DNA of 30,710 nucleotides from a virus (lineage: Duplodnaviria; Caudoviricetes), in IMG/VR virus record IMGVR_UViG_3300023214_000180, positions 1 to 30,710 of that record; one strand, 5' to 3'. Of the stretch, positions 1 through 8,779 are shown piece by piece. The translations under genes and the position numbers were made by a program. Within the stretch, counting starts at the first letter, position 1, and the number at the start of each line of letters is the position of its first letter. The notes beneath the pieces were generated by a model. It ran no database searches. It was not told the DNA's origin and saw nothing but the letters and a program-made list of their open reading frames with translations.

Positions 1-29
1 CGGGCGAAATACAGGTCGAAGACGTTCAC
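1..29 (-). CDS. 5' end of a gene running off the window; possibly an endolysin
   Basis: GTG at 29 after a GGGGAG SD-like sequence, reading MNVFDLYFA. It follows a holin-like gene and resembles the 'FD-aF' start of GH108 lysozymes, but only 9 codons are visible. Confidence 0.3.
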
Positions 30-31
30 GG

Positions 32-343
32 TCAGCTCCCCAGCGGCCAGTGATCGGCCGCCCACACGGCCGTCATCGCCGCCGCGCCCGGCGGCAGGAA
101 GTGACGGAGGACGAAGTAGATCCGGGTCCGCCAGAGGTCGGCCGACTTGTTCTGCGCGTCATCGACGGCGTGCCGGACCGCGTCGCTGCGCTCCAGCAGC
201 AGCAGCCGCTTGTAAACGCGCTCCCGCTCAGTCTTGGCCTCGGAAAGCTGGGTTTCGATCGCCTCCAGCTTGATCCCCAGCCGCTCTTCGAGCCGCGTCA
301 GGCGCTCTGCGAGGTTGCGATGAGTCAGATCGCTCTCCGCCAT
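32..343 (-). CDS. Coiled-coil protein with hydrophobic C-terminus, holin/XhlA-like
   Basis: TGATG coupling to the tailspike stop; heptad-rich N-terminus (RLTRLEERL) and hydrophobic tail; located after the tail genes. Confidence 0.5.
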   Translation of the reverse strand: MAESDLTHRNLAERLTRLEERLGIKLEAIETQLSEAKTERERVYKRLLLLERSDAVRHAVDDAQNKSADLWRTRIYFVLRHFLPPGAAAMTAVWAADHWPLGS

Positions 344-3300
344 CACCAGTCCGTGTAGTAGGGCTGGACGCTGGGCGTGACGTTCGGGTCAGAGAAGAAG
401 CCCTTGACCCCGACACCCGGCATGAACGGACAGACGTGCGGCATGAACGGCTGGTTCACGTCATCGACCCGCAGGTTCGTCAGAGCCGTCGGGTCGGACA
501 CCGCCAGCATCGACGGGCGACCGCTCAGGTTCATGATCTCGTCGCCGGTGAGGCCGAAGCTCCAGCCCATGCGCTGGATTAGATTGGGAGCAGACGAATA
601 GCTGATCGTGATGTCGCCGCCGGCCGGCACGTCATAAAAGCCCTGCGTCGTGCTTGCTGACGAGCCATTCACGAGAACCGAGGTGACCGTCCCGCCTAAT
701 ATCTTCCAGCGCTGCTCGCGGTTGGTGTTGTTCTGGTAGGTGGAGCCGGACGACTTGATCGCCACGTCTTGCAGCGCCCACATATCCGGCAGCGCGCCGG
801 TGAAGTCACTCGCCGAGTTGCCCGAGCACTTCCGGCCGCCCGAGCCCGTCGTGTTGCTGGAGTGCTCGAGATAGGGGAGCTGGTTGAACTGCTGGAAGTG
901 GACTCCGACGATAGCGTAGTCTTTGTCGGCGTCGAGAATCTGCACGCCCCAGGCGTGCTCCGTCCGGTTCAGCCCGTTCTGGCGCTCGCCGATCACGCCG
1001 CCGTAGATGCCAGTGAAATCCGCTCCCGTGCGGATGAGGCCATAGCTCGCCTGCGCGGACACCGCGCCCGACGTGTCCCCGGAGTCCCAGAGCTTCTGGT
1101 TCCGCAGGTTGTTGGAGATTCGTGGGCTGTAGAGAAACACATTCCCCACCCCGTCCTCGAACTGCATGGCCCCGTTCGAGCGGTCGCCATATTGCGTGAT
1201 GAGCGGCGAGGAGAAGACGATCTCCGACACCTCCCCGGAGCCGCTCACCTTCAGCAGCGCAGCGCGCGTGTTGTGCGCGTTCAGCCAGCAGTGCTCGAAC
1301 AGCCAGCGATAAATTCGGAACGTGTTCTGCGCATGGATCAGGACCGGCTCTTCGACACAGTTGTCGAAGATCACGTTGTCGAACCACGTGTTCCAGACGT
1401 GATTGGTCCCCTGGCAGTTTGCCGTCACGCCGCGCCAGAATCGATTGAAGCTCGAGTTCTCAACGACGAACGTATCCACGAAGCAGTCCGTGAGCAGGAA
1501 CTTGCACACGCTGCCGCGCGTCAGGTCCTGATTCTCCACCAGGCCAATATTGCAGCGGTCCACCCGGATGCCCGCGCAGTCCCGAACGTCGAGGAAATCG
1601 CCGACCTCATTGGTCGTGTTCTCGGCGAAGGAGCCCCGCACATCGACGAAATATATGCGGTTCGCCGCCCCGACGCGGTTGTTGGAATCGGCCTCAATGT
1701 CGCCGGTCGGCGTCTGGCCGAGCCGGGCGAAGTCGTCGATGCCGGAGACGAACATGTCGTCGATGACGCCGTTCTGGCAGTCGAGGAAATTGAGCGCCGG
1801 CGCCGACACCCGCGAGGTGGCCGCCGCCTTGGACAGGGACACGCCGGAAATGCGGAACTTGTTGACCGGCGTGGTTCCGCCGACCGCGAAAAACTCATTG
1901 GCGTTGTCCGTCGTCTGAAGCGTGGTGCCGCCCCACTGGGACCCGGAGCCCTCGATAGAGCAATCGTCAGAGTTCAGGTTCAGCGGGCCGCCGTTCCAGT
2001 TCCAGATGCCGGGGCCAAGCGTGATGCGCCACGGCCCGCCGGCGGCCTCGAACTTGTCCACCCACGCCTGCACGTCCGACACGTGCCCCGTCGCCCCCTC
2101 AGGAAGCTGCAGGTGAACCTCGTTCTTGGGCCGCGTCCGCACCCAGCGCCCGGCGCCGGTGTCGTGATTGGAGCCGATGACATTGACGCCATCGTTGGTA
2201 ATGGTCTCATTCGGGTCCCACTCGAACCAGCTGTCGAGCGAGCTGACGAACACCGGGGCGGAGAAATCGTTGCGGTCCCGGAGCGCGTCGTCATCGGCCT
2301 CGAACGGGAACGCAGCCGTCTTCCAGTCGGACTGGCCGAGCTCGGTGTCGATGGCCGAGACCATCTCCGCTCCGGTCTGGTCGCCCGTCGCGCCGGCCTC
2401 GATGCCGTCGAGCTTGGCCTGGTCGGCGTCGTCGAAATTGTTGGTGTCCGTCTCGGCAAAAAGCAGCGTCTTGATCTCGGCGCCGGTCTGGTCGGCCGCG
2501 GCCCCGGATTCGACACCGGCCAGCTTCGTCTTCTCGTTGTCGGTAAACGCGTTCGTATCGGCGTTATTCTCGTAGGCCGCCTTGATCTCGGCGTCGGTGG
2601 GGTTGGCCTCCGCGCCGACCTCGACACCATCGAGCTTGGAGCCATCCGCCGCCACGTCTCGGCCGTCCACAGTCCCGCTGACGGTGAGACTCCCGGCGAC
2701 ATCGAGGTCCGTCAGGGCCTTGATCTGTCCCGAGCCCTTGGCGTTGAGACGAAGATCGATGTTCGTGTCGTCTCCGGCGACGGCCAGCAGGGGGCCGGTT
2801 CCTGTGGCTGCGTTCGACAGCTCAGCGTAATTCACCGCGCTCGCGACGCGCTGGAAGATCAGAAGATCATTGCTGTTGTCGTCCCGAATTCCGTGCGCGT
2901 CGTCGAACAGGATGTAGTGGTCATTGGCGTCAAGATTTCCGCCCAGCTGCGGGCTCGTGTCCTCGACCACGTTGCCGATGCCGCTGCCTGCGGAGGGCAG
3001 GTCGCTCAGGAGCACCTTGACATGCGTTCCGTTGTTCAGCCGGACGATGACGTGCGAGGTCGCCTCCGCCGGCGACGAGTCCTCCGTCAACCCGTCCAGG
3101 TCGAAGGTAAACGACGGATCTCCGGCGACGCCGTCCGGATTGGCGAGTGACAGCGGCGCAGCGACCTGGAGCGTTCGCCCCGTGTAGGATTCGGCCCCAG
3201 TGCGAGCGACGACGCCGTTCTGCGACAGGTCCGTGTGCATCAGCGCGCCGGCGGCGTCGACATTCGATGCGTCGGTTACGTCCGCCCCGGTCTCGACCCC

Positions 3301-3531
3301 GGCCAGCTTCGTCTTCTCGGAATCGGTGAACTTGTTGGTGTCGGCGAGGCCTTCGTAAAGGGCCTCGATCTCCGAAGCCGTCTGGTCGGCCGTGGCGTTC
3401 GATTCGATCCCGCTCAGCTTCGCTTGCGCGGCGTCATCGAAGTTGTTGGTGTCCGCCTCGGCAAAAAGCAGCGTCTTGATCTGCGCCCCGGTGAGCGCAA
3501 CGCCAATCGTCTTGGGGGGACGAAAGCCCAT
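343..3531 (-). CDS. Tail fibre/tailspike with N-terminal fibre repeats and a pectin-lyase-like beta-helix (putative depolymerase)
   Basis: 1062 aa. KLxGIExxATADQT and VEDTSPQLGGNLD fibre repeats, a 'GAGRWVR' head motif, 'ITLGPGIWN...SIEGSG', then Asn/Asp-rich beta-helix-like rungs. Confidence 0.8.
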   Translation of the reverse strand: MGFRPPKTIGVALTGAQIKTLLFAEADTNNFDDAAQAKLSGIESNATADQTASEIEALYEGLADTNKFTDSEKTKLAGVETGADVTDASNVDAAGALMHTDLSQNGVVARTGAESYTGRTLQVAAPLSLANPDGVAGDPSFTFDLDGLTEDSSPAEATSHVIVRLNNGTHVKVLLSDLPSAGSGIGNVVEDTSPQLGGNLDANDHYILFDDAHGIRDDNSNDLLIFQRVASAVNYAELSNAATGTGPLLAVAGDDTNIDLRLNAKGSGQIKALTDLDVAGSLTVSGTVDGRDVAADGSKLDGVEVGAEANPTDAEIKAAYENNADTNAFTDNEKTKLAGVESGAAADQTGAEIKTLLFAETDTNNFDDADQAKLDGIEAGATGDQTGAEMVSAIDTELGQSDWKTAAFPFEADDDALRDRNDFSAPVFVSSLDSWFEWDPNETITNDGVNVIGSNHDTGAGRWVRTRPKNEVHLQLPEGATGHVSDVQAWVDKFEAAGGPWRITLGPGIWNWNGGPLNLNSDDCSIEGSGSQWGGTTLQTTDNANEFFAVGGTTPVNKFRISGVSLSKAAATSRVSAPALNFLDCQNGVIDDMFVSGIDDFARLGQTPTGDIEADSNNRVGAANRIYFVDVRGSFAENTTNEVGDFLDVRDCAGIRVDRCNIGLVENQDLTRGSVCKFLLTDCFVDTFVVENSSFNRFWRGVTANCQGTNHVWNTWFDNVIFDNCVEEPVLIHAQNTFRIYRWLFEHCWLNAHNTRAALLKVSGSGEVSEIVFSSPLITQYGDRSNGAMQFEDGVGNVFLYSPRISNNLRNQKLWDSGDTSGAVSAQASYGLIRTGADFTGIYGGVIGERQNGLNRTEHAWGVQILDADKDYAIVGVHFQQFNQLPYLEHSSNTTGSGGRKCSGNSASDFTGALPDMWALQDVAIKSSGSTYQNNTNREQRWKILGGTVTSVLVNGSSASTTQGFYDVPAGGDITISYSSAPNLIQRMGWSFGLTGDEIMNLSGRPSMLAVSDPTALTNLRVDDVNQPFMPHVCPFMPGVGVKGFFSDPNVTPSVQPYYTDW

Positions 3532-3560
3532 CGAATTTCCCGCTTCTGGCCGCCTCTGCG

Positions 3561-3602
3561 TGCAGTCATCTGCGGGCGAGAGCAGTTTGCCCTCAACGCA
3601 CC
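3561..3602 (-). promoter_or_regulatory. Putative late promoter (motif copy 1) for the tailspike/lysis block
   Basis: GGTGCGTTGAG at 3602-3592, intergenic. T at -7 and A at predicted +1 (3561), 30 nt before the ATG at 3531. Confidence 0.65.
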
Positions 3603-3689
3603 CGGCGCCGCCGCGCGCCGCTTGATATCCCGATTGGCGAAACGTTCCTGATCGAGCGGTCCGGCTTCAAGCGGAAGCTGCCCGGCTGA

Positions 3690-4313
3690 CTACGCCTCGC
3701 CCTGAATCCGAATCTCAACGTATTCGACGTTGAGCCGGTCTCCGGCCCCGCCGTTGTTCGTGATGTTGAAAAGGAAGCCGAAATAGCCCGAGCGGATCTT
3801 CGCCGCTGTCACGCCCGCGGTCGAAAGGTCACTCGAATTCCATGTGTAGGTTCGGGTTTCCGGCCCTGAAATGCTGTCAGGCCACTTGCCGGCCTGCGCC
3901 TTGTCGACGGCGGTGAGGTCGCCATTGTCGCCGTTGTCGGCGTTGTCGGCGTTACGAAGCTCGACGTATCGGTCCTCGATATCGTCGTCGCCGAACGACG
4001 CGCCGAGAGCGCGAATGCGAATGTCGATCTGGTCTATCGTCGCGCCCGCAGGAACGTCGTCGCCGGTGGCGAAGTCCCGCTTGAGTATCAGGTCATCGGT
4101 ATTTTTGCCGTCCTGGATGGAGGCCGTCGGAGACGTCGCATCAGTATCGTCGGTCAGGCAATTCGAGGTGTCGCCCCAGATGTTGCCGCTATGATCGCCG
4201 CCGCCGCTTCCGCTCTCGGCGGTGTCGAATGTCAGCCAGCCGGTGTCGAACGGAACGGGCGCAGAACCGCCAGCGGCAGCGATCGCGGCAAGCAGGAGCG
4301 CGCGACGACTCAT
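3690..4313 (-). CDS. Putative fibre-tip receptor-binding protein (beta-sandwich-like)
   Basis: 207 aa, TGATG-coupled to the long fibre. N-terminal MSRRALLLAAIAAAGG segment; 'VPAGATIDQIDIRI' and C-terminal 'VEYVEIRI' strands. Confidence 0.55.
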   Translation of the reverse strand: MSRRALLLAAIAAAGGSAPVPFDTGWLTFDTAESGSGGGDHSGNIWGDTSNCLTDDTDATSPTASIQDGKNTDDLILKRDFATGDDVPAGATIDQIDIRIRALGASFGDDDIEDRYVELRNADNADNGDNGDLTAVDKAQAGKWPDSISGPETRTYTWNSSDLSTAGVTAAKIRSGYFGFLFNITNNGGAGDRLNVEYVEIRIQGEA

Positions 4314-7300
4314 CAGGCGTCCACGAGGTTGCCGACCACGTCACACGCCCCGGCCGCGGTGAAGATCACCGCCGCGGCGCCGCGACCATCAAGCTCGGCC
4401 GTCTTTCCGTTCTGCGGTGTGACGGTCATTCCCGCGCCGCCCACGATGGTCGGATTGGCCGACCCGATCGACAGGAACACGACGCTCTCGCCAGCCGAGA
4501 ACGTATTGTCGGGGATCGTCACGTCCGCCGCGCTGGAGAAGTCCAGAATCACGACGCGGCGCTTGTCGTCCTCGGCGACCGTATAGGCGCCGGTCTTGGC
4601 CGCCTCCGAACCCAGCTCGGCCGTATCGGCGATCTCCTGGGCCGTGGCTGTCCGGAGCTGGTCGCTGTTCGACGTGTCCTGCAGGAGAACCTTGTCGTCG
4701 TCCGCGACCGTCGTGGCCGTCAGGCTCGCGCCATCCAGTGCGGCTTCGACATTGGCCTCGTCGGTGACATCGGCCCCGGACTCTATCCCCGAGAGCTTGG
4801 ACTGCTCGGAATCGGTGAAGGCGTTGGTGTCCGCGTTGTTTTCGTATGCGGTCTTGATCTCGGAGTCGGACTGGTCCGCAGTCGCGCCCGACTCGATGCC
4901 GTCGAGTTTCGTCCCGTCAGCCGCCACATCGCGGCCATCGACGGTCCCCGTCAGCGAGACATTGCCGAGGACGTGCAGGTCGTTCTGCGCCTCGACCGTG
5001 TCGCTCTTGGCGCCGAGCTTGAGCTTGACGCTCGCGTCCGAGCCGGTCGCCTCGATCAGCACATCGCCGCCGGTCGCCGAGTTGCTGATCTGCGCGTAAT
5101 TCACCGCGCTCGCGACGCGCTGGAAGATCAGGAGTTCGTTGTTGTTGTCGTCGAAAATGCCGTGGGCGTCATCGACCTGGATATTGTTCCCGTTCGTATC
5201 GAGATCGCCGCCCAGCTGCGGAGAGGCGTCATCGGCGACATCCAGAAGGACCGTTCCCGCCTTGGCGGGGAAGTCGATAACAAACGTGGAGGCCGAGCTG
5301 CTTTGAGCGCGAAGTGTGTTCTTCCCGCCAAAAGCGCCACCATCAAGAAGGTCGACGTTCGTGAATGACGGCGCGCTCTGAGTCGTCAGGCCCTGGTCAA
5401 TCGCCTTTACCGCCGACACATCGGACAGCTCGCTGTCCATGAGCGCACCGGCGCTTTGAACATTGGCCGCATCGGTTACGTCAGCGCCCGCTTCGACGCC
5501 GTCGAGCTTGGACTTGTCGCTGTCGGAGAAACGGTTGACATCCGCGTTCGCCTCGTAGGCGTCGCGGATTTCCGTATTGGTCTGGTCCGCGGTCGCCCCG
5601 GATTCGATGCCGTCGAGTTTCGAGCCGTCGGCGGCGAGGTCGCGACCGTCCACAGTCCCGGTGAGCGTGATGTTGCCCGCGACATCGAGCGCATCGAGCA
5701 CCTTCACCTGGCCCGACCCCTTGGCGCCGAGCCTCAGGTCGATGTTCGTGTCGCCGCCAGCCGCCTCCAGCAACGGCCCCGTGCCGGTGGCGGTGTTGGT
5801 CAGGCCGGCATAATTGACGGCCGAGGCCGTCTTCGTGAGGACGAGGAACTCATTGCCCGAATCATCAAACAGCCCGTGTCCAGTATCGAACTGGATGTTG
5901 AAGCTGTTCGTATCCAGATCGCCCCCGAGCTGAGGCGTCGTGTCCTCGACGACACTGTTGATGCCGCCGCCGCTTGAGGGCAGGTCGTCCAGCAGCACCT
6001 TGCGGTGCGCGCCGAGACCCGCATCGTAGATGGCGACATAATCGGATGCGCCGGTGGGGCCGCCCTGCGCGGTCAGCGCGTTGATGTCCAGCGCGATCGA
6101 CGGATCTCCCGAAACGCCGTCCGGGTTCGACCAGGCCAGTCCAGTGCTGGCCTGCAGGGTCCGCTCGGCGTAGGTCTCCGATCCCGTGCGGACGAAGATG
6201 CCGTCGGCCCCGATGTCGGTGTGCATCAGCGCGCCGGCGGCGTTCACGTTCGCCGCATCGGTCACATCCGCCCCGGCCTCGATTCCGCCGAGCTTGGACT
6301 TTTCCGAGTCCGTGTATTTGTTCGTGTCCGCCAGCCCTTCGTAGAGGGATTCTATCTCGCTGGCGGTCTGGTCGGCCGTGGCGTTCGATTCGATGCCATC
6401 GAGCTTCGAGCCGTCGGCCGACATATCCCGGCCGTTGACGTTGCCGGTCGTCGAGAGTGCGCCCGCGACGTTCGTGTCGTCTTCGAGCTCGATCGAGCCC
6501 GTGCCCTTGGACTGGAGCCGGAGATCGACATTGGCGTCATCGCCGGCGGCGGCGATGAGCGGCCCCGCGCCCGTCGCCGCGTTGCCGATGTCCACGAAAT
6601 TGACCGCGCTCGCAGCCACCGTAAAGAACACGAGTTCGTTGCCCGCGTTGTCTTGCAGGCCGTGAGCATCGTCTATCTGGATGTTGAAGCTGTTGGTGTC
6701 GAGGTCCCCGCCAAGCTGCGGGCTCGTGTCTTCCACGACATTCGAGATGCCGCCGCTGCCGAGATCCGCGATCGCCTGCGCGGTTACCGTCTTCGCGTTG
6801 TCCGCGTCGTCAGCGTCCTGGATCAGAACCTTGTCGGTCCCCGCTACGGTCGCGGTCGGGATCGCGGCGCCGTCGAGGGCGCTGATAACACTCGCTTCGT
6901 CGGTAACATCGGCGCTGGCTTCGATGCCCGCCAGCTTCGACTGCGCCGCATCGTCGAAATTGTTGGTATCGGCTTCCGCGAACAGGGCCGTCTTGATCTC
7001 GGCGCCGGTCTGGTCGGCCGTCGCGCCCGATTCAATCCCGTCGAGCTTGGACTTGTCCGCCGCCGGCATGAGGCCTGCGTTGCCGGCCGTGGCCAGCATT
7101 GAGTATAGGTCCGCGATCGACTGCGCTGTGGCGGTCTTGAGGGCGTCGGAGCCATCAACGTCCTGGAGGAGAACCTTGTCCGTCCCAGCCACGGTCGCTG
7201 TCGGAAGGGTCGCGCCGTCGAGAGCCGTCGTGACATTGGCCTCGTCGGTGACATCGGCCCCGTCCTCGATGTTGAGAAGGCCGCGGATCGCTGAGAAGGT

Positions 7301-7630
7301 CGCGCCAGAGATGATGGACCGGCCCGCAGACGTGATGGCCGTAGTCGCCCAGGTATCGGTTCCCGACAGATAGGGCAGCGTGTCCACGCCGCCCGTCAGC
7401 GCCAGGAAGTTCGTCAGCCGGGTCGTTTGCGCCTGGAATTGAGCGTCCGCGCCCGACACGGTGTAACGGTCGAACAGGTCGTGGATCGTGCCGTCCGGCT
7501 CTTTCGCCTTGACGTTGCCATCGCCACTATCGGCATATAGCGCCACGATTCCCGTCTGAGGATCGGGCGGCGTCCCCAGGATCAGATCGGTTCGCGGGGT
7601 GACACTCTCGGGTTTGAATCCGGCGCCCAT
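4313..7630 (-). CDS. Long repetitive tail fibre protein
   Basis: 1105 aa, Asp/Ala/Gly/Thr-rich. Three (E/D)D(T/A)(S/T)PQLGGDLDTN modules, many KLDGIESGATADQT repeats and a C-terminal 'KTGAYTV...VTIPD...VVGNL' domain. Confidence 0.85.
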   Translation of the reverse strand: MGAGFKPESVTPRTDLILGTPPDPQTGIVALYADSGDGNVKAKEPDGTIHDLFDRYTVSGADAQFQAQTTRLTNFLALTGGVDTLPYLSGTDTWATTAITSAGRSIISGATFSAIRGLLNIEDGADVTDEANVTTALDGATLPTATVAGTDKVLLQDVDGSDALKTATAQSIADLYSMLATAGNAGLMPAADKSKLDGIESGATADQTGAEIKTALFAEADTNNFDDAAQSKLAGIEASADVTDEASVISALDGAAIPTATVAGTDKVLIQDADDADNAKTVTAQAIADLGSGGISNVVEDTSPQLGGDLDTNSFNIQIDDAHGLQDNAGNELVFFTVAASAVNFVDIGNAATGAGPLIAAAGDDANVDLRLQSKGTGSIELEDDTNVAGALSTTGNVNGRDMSADGSKLDGIESNATADQTASEIESLYEGLADTNKYTDSEKSKLGGIEAGADVTDAANVNAAGALMHTDIGADGIFVRTGSETYAERTLQASTGLAWSNPDGVSGDPSIALDINALTAQGGPTGASDYVAIYDAGLGAHRKVLLDDLPSSGGGINSVVEDTTPQLGGDLDTNSFNIQFDTGHGLFDDSGNEFLVLTKTASAVNYAGLTNTATGTGPLLEAAGGDTNIDLRLGAKGSGQVKVLDALDVAGNITLTGTVDGRDLAADGSKLDGIESGATADQTNTEIRDAYEANADVNRFSDSDKSKLDGVEAGADVTDAANVQSAGALMDSELSDVSAVKAIDQGLTTQSAPSFTNVDLLDGGAFGGKNTLRAQSSSASTFVIDFPAKAGTVLLDVADDASPQLGGDLDTNGNNIQVDDAHGIFDDNNNELLIFQRVASAVNYAQISNSATGGDVLIEATGSDASVKLKLGAKSDTVEAQNDLHVLGNVSLTGTVDGRDVAADGTKLDGIESGATADQSDSEIKTAYENNADTNAFTDSEQSKLSGIESGADVTDEANVEAALDGASLTATTVADDDKVLLQDTSNSDQLRTATAQEIADTAELGSEAAKTGAYTVAEDDKRRVVILDFSSAADVTIPDNTFSAGESVVFLSIGSANPTIVGGAGMTVTPQNGKTAELDGRGAAAVIFTAAGACDVVGNLVDA
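4622..7262 (-). repeat. Intragenic fibre module repeats
   Basis: Three ADVTDEAxVxxALDGA...DKVL(L/I)QD...TAQxIAD copies, at about 4622-4780, 6760-6915 and 7105-7265. Exact 31-bp repeat at 4748-4778 and 7232-7262. Confidence 0.9.
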
Positions 7631-7633
7631 CGT

Positions 7634-7960
7634 TTACGGCGTCCGCTCGAAGCCCTGCGCGAAAAGCGTGTATCCGGCGGCTGGCGCTTTCAGAAACAGC
7701 GCCTCCGTCGTCTTGACGAAAATCTCCCCGTAGTCGTAGGCCGCCCCGGCGGGCACGTTGACGGCGTAGAGAAAGTCCACGTTGCCCTCGACGGTCTCCC
7801 CCTCGGCGCCGAACCCGATCTGGACGGCGCCCGACGAGCCGGTCGTGTTGACCACTTCGGCCTTCTTGAGAACCATCTCCTTACCGCTGGATTTCGGCAG
7901 CTCGATCATTGTCGAGGACTGGGAGGTGACCCTCTTGGTCTCTGCATCGTTCGTCGCCAT
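7634..7960 (-). CDS. Small tail fibre hub/adaptor protein (hypothetical)
   Basis: 108 aa beta-rich ORF ('VVNTTGSS...FLYAVNVPAG...LFAQGFE') between the fibre adaptor and the long fibre. Confidence 0.55.
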   Translation of the reverse strand: MATNDAETKRVTSQSSTMIELPKSSGKEMVLKKAEVVNTTGSSGAVQIGFGAEGETVEGNVDFLYAVNVPAGAAYDYGEIFVKTTEALFLKAPAAGYTLFAQGFERTP

Positions 7961-7961
7961 G

Positions 7962-8735
7962 CTAAAGCACCATCATCAGCGCGAGATCGGCCTCCGCGGA
8001 CGCCAGAGCGGCGGACGGAAGCTGCGCCTGCGGAACCTCGCCGTTCCCGTCGAGGCCCGCGTAGCCATTGGCCTGTCCCTTCTCAGAGACAGCCTGTTTC
8101 TCGCTGTCGAGCTCGTTAATCGCGCCCTCGGCGTCCGTCGCGGCGAGATTGCCGGCGGGCGTGTAGGTGATCTGGTCGGCTGAGTAGTCGTCCGATTGGG
8201 CCGTAATCGCGCCCGTGCGACCCTCAAACGAGGTGACCGCCGCCGTGATGTCCGTTTTCGCCGCCCATTCCGGGTTGCCGTTGGAGTCGAGCGCGAGAAC
8301 AACGTCGGTTTCACCGGAAATGGACGGGAGATCAGGCGCGGATTCGCCGACCGGGATCAGGAACGCGCGCTGGACCGAGAACCGCACGTCCGCGAGACCG
8401 GCGGTGAGCACGTCGAACTCGTCGTTCAGGTCGTTGGCCGAGATCGGGCCGGAGGAAATGTCCGTTGCCCGCGCGGGCGTCACGTCCCGGAGGATGAGCA
8501 CGTCATCGCCCGCCCCGGACGCCGAGTTGAGCGTGATTTGCCCGCCGTCGTGTCCGCCTTCCGCGCCGGCATTGCCCGTGAAGGAGAAATCGCCCTGCGC
8601 CTTCTCCGTCCCGCCTACGAAAACGCGCAGGTCCGCCTTGCCGAAAACCGTGAAACTGAACGAGAACGGCCCCGTTGACTGCGGGTCCGAGAAGCTCACC
8701 CAGTTCTGTTCGTCCGGTATCGTGACGTGCGCCAT
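7962..8735 (-). CDS. Short tail fibre with T7 gp17-like N-terminal virion attachment domain
   Basis: 'GPFSFSFTVFGKADLRVFV...VLILRDVT...LNDEFDVL' N-domain, a VTSFEGRTGAIT repeat, KGQANGYAGLDGNGEVP, and a hydrophobic C-terminus LALMMVL. Confidence 0.8.
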   Translation of the reverse strand: MAHVTIPDEQNWVSFSDPQSTGPFSFSFTVFGKADLRVFVGGTEKAQGDFSFTGNAGAEGGHDGGQITLNSASGAGDDVLILRDVTPARATDISSGPISANDLNDEFDVLTAGLADVRFSVQRAFLIPVGESAPDLPSISGETDVVLALDSNGNPEWAAKTDITAAVTSFEGRTGAITAQSDDYSADQITYTPAGNLAATDAEGAINELDSEKQAVSEKGQANGYAGLDGNGEVPQAQLPSAALASAEADLALMMVL

Positions 8736-8776
8736 GCCGCCACATGGCGATCAAGGGCCTTTTGCCTCAACGCACC
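8735..8776 (-). promoter_or_regulatory. Putative late promoter (copy 2), leaderless start
   Basis: GGTGCGTTGAG at 8776-8766. The ATG at 8735 is exactly 35 nt from the first T of TTG; T at -7; no SD. Confidence 0.7.
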
Positions 8777-8779
8777 CGT

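Noticed and set aside
343-8735. Diversity-generating retroelement, suggested by the BPP-1-like head genes
   Set aside because: No reverse transcriptase, no TR/VR pair with adenine-specific mismatches and no C-type lectin target seen. Repeats differ mainly at synonymous sites. A DGR outside the window cannot be excluded.
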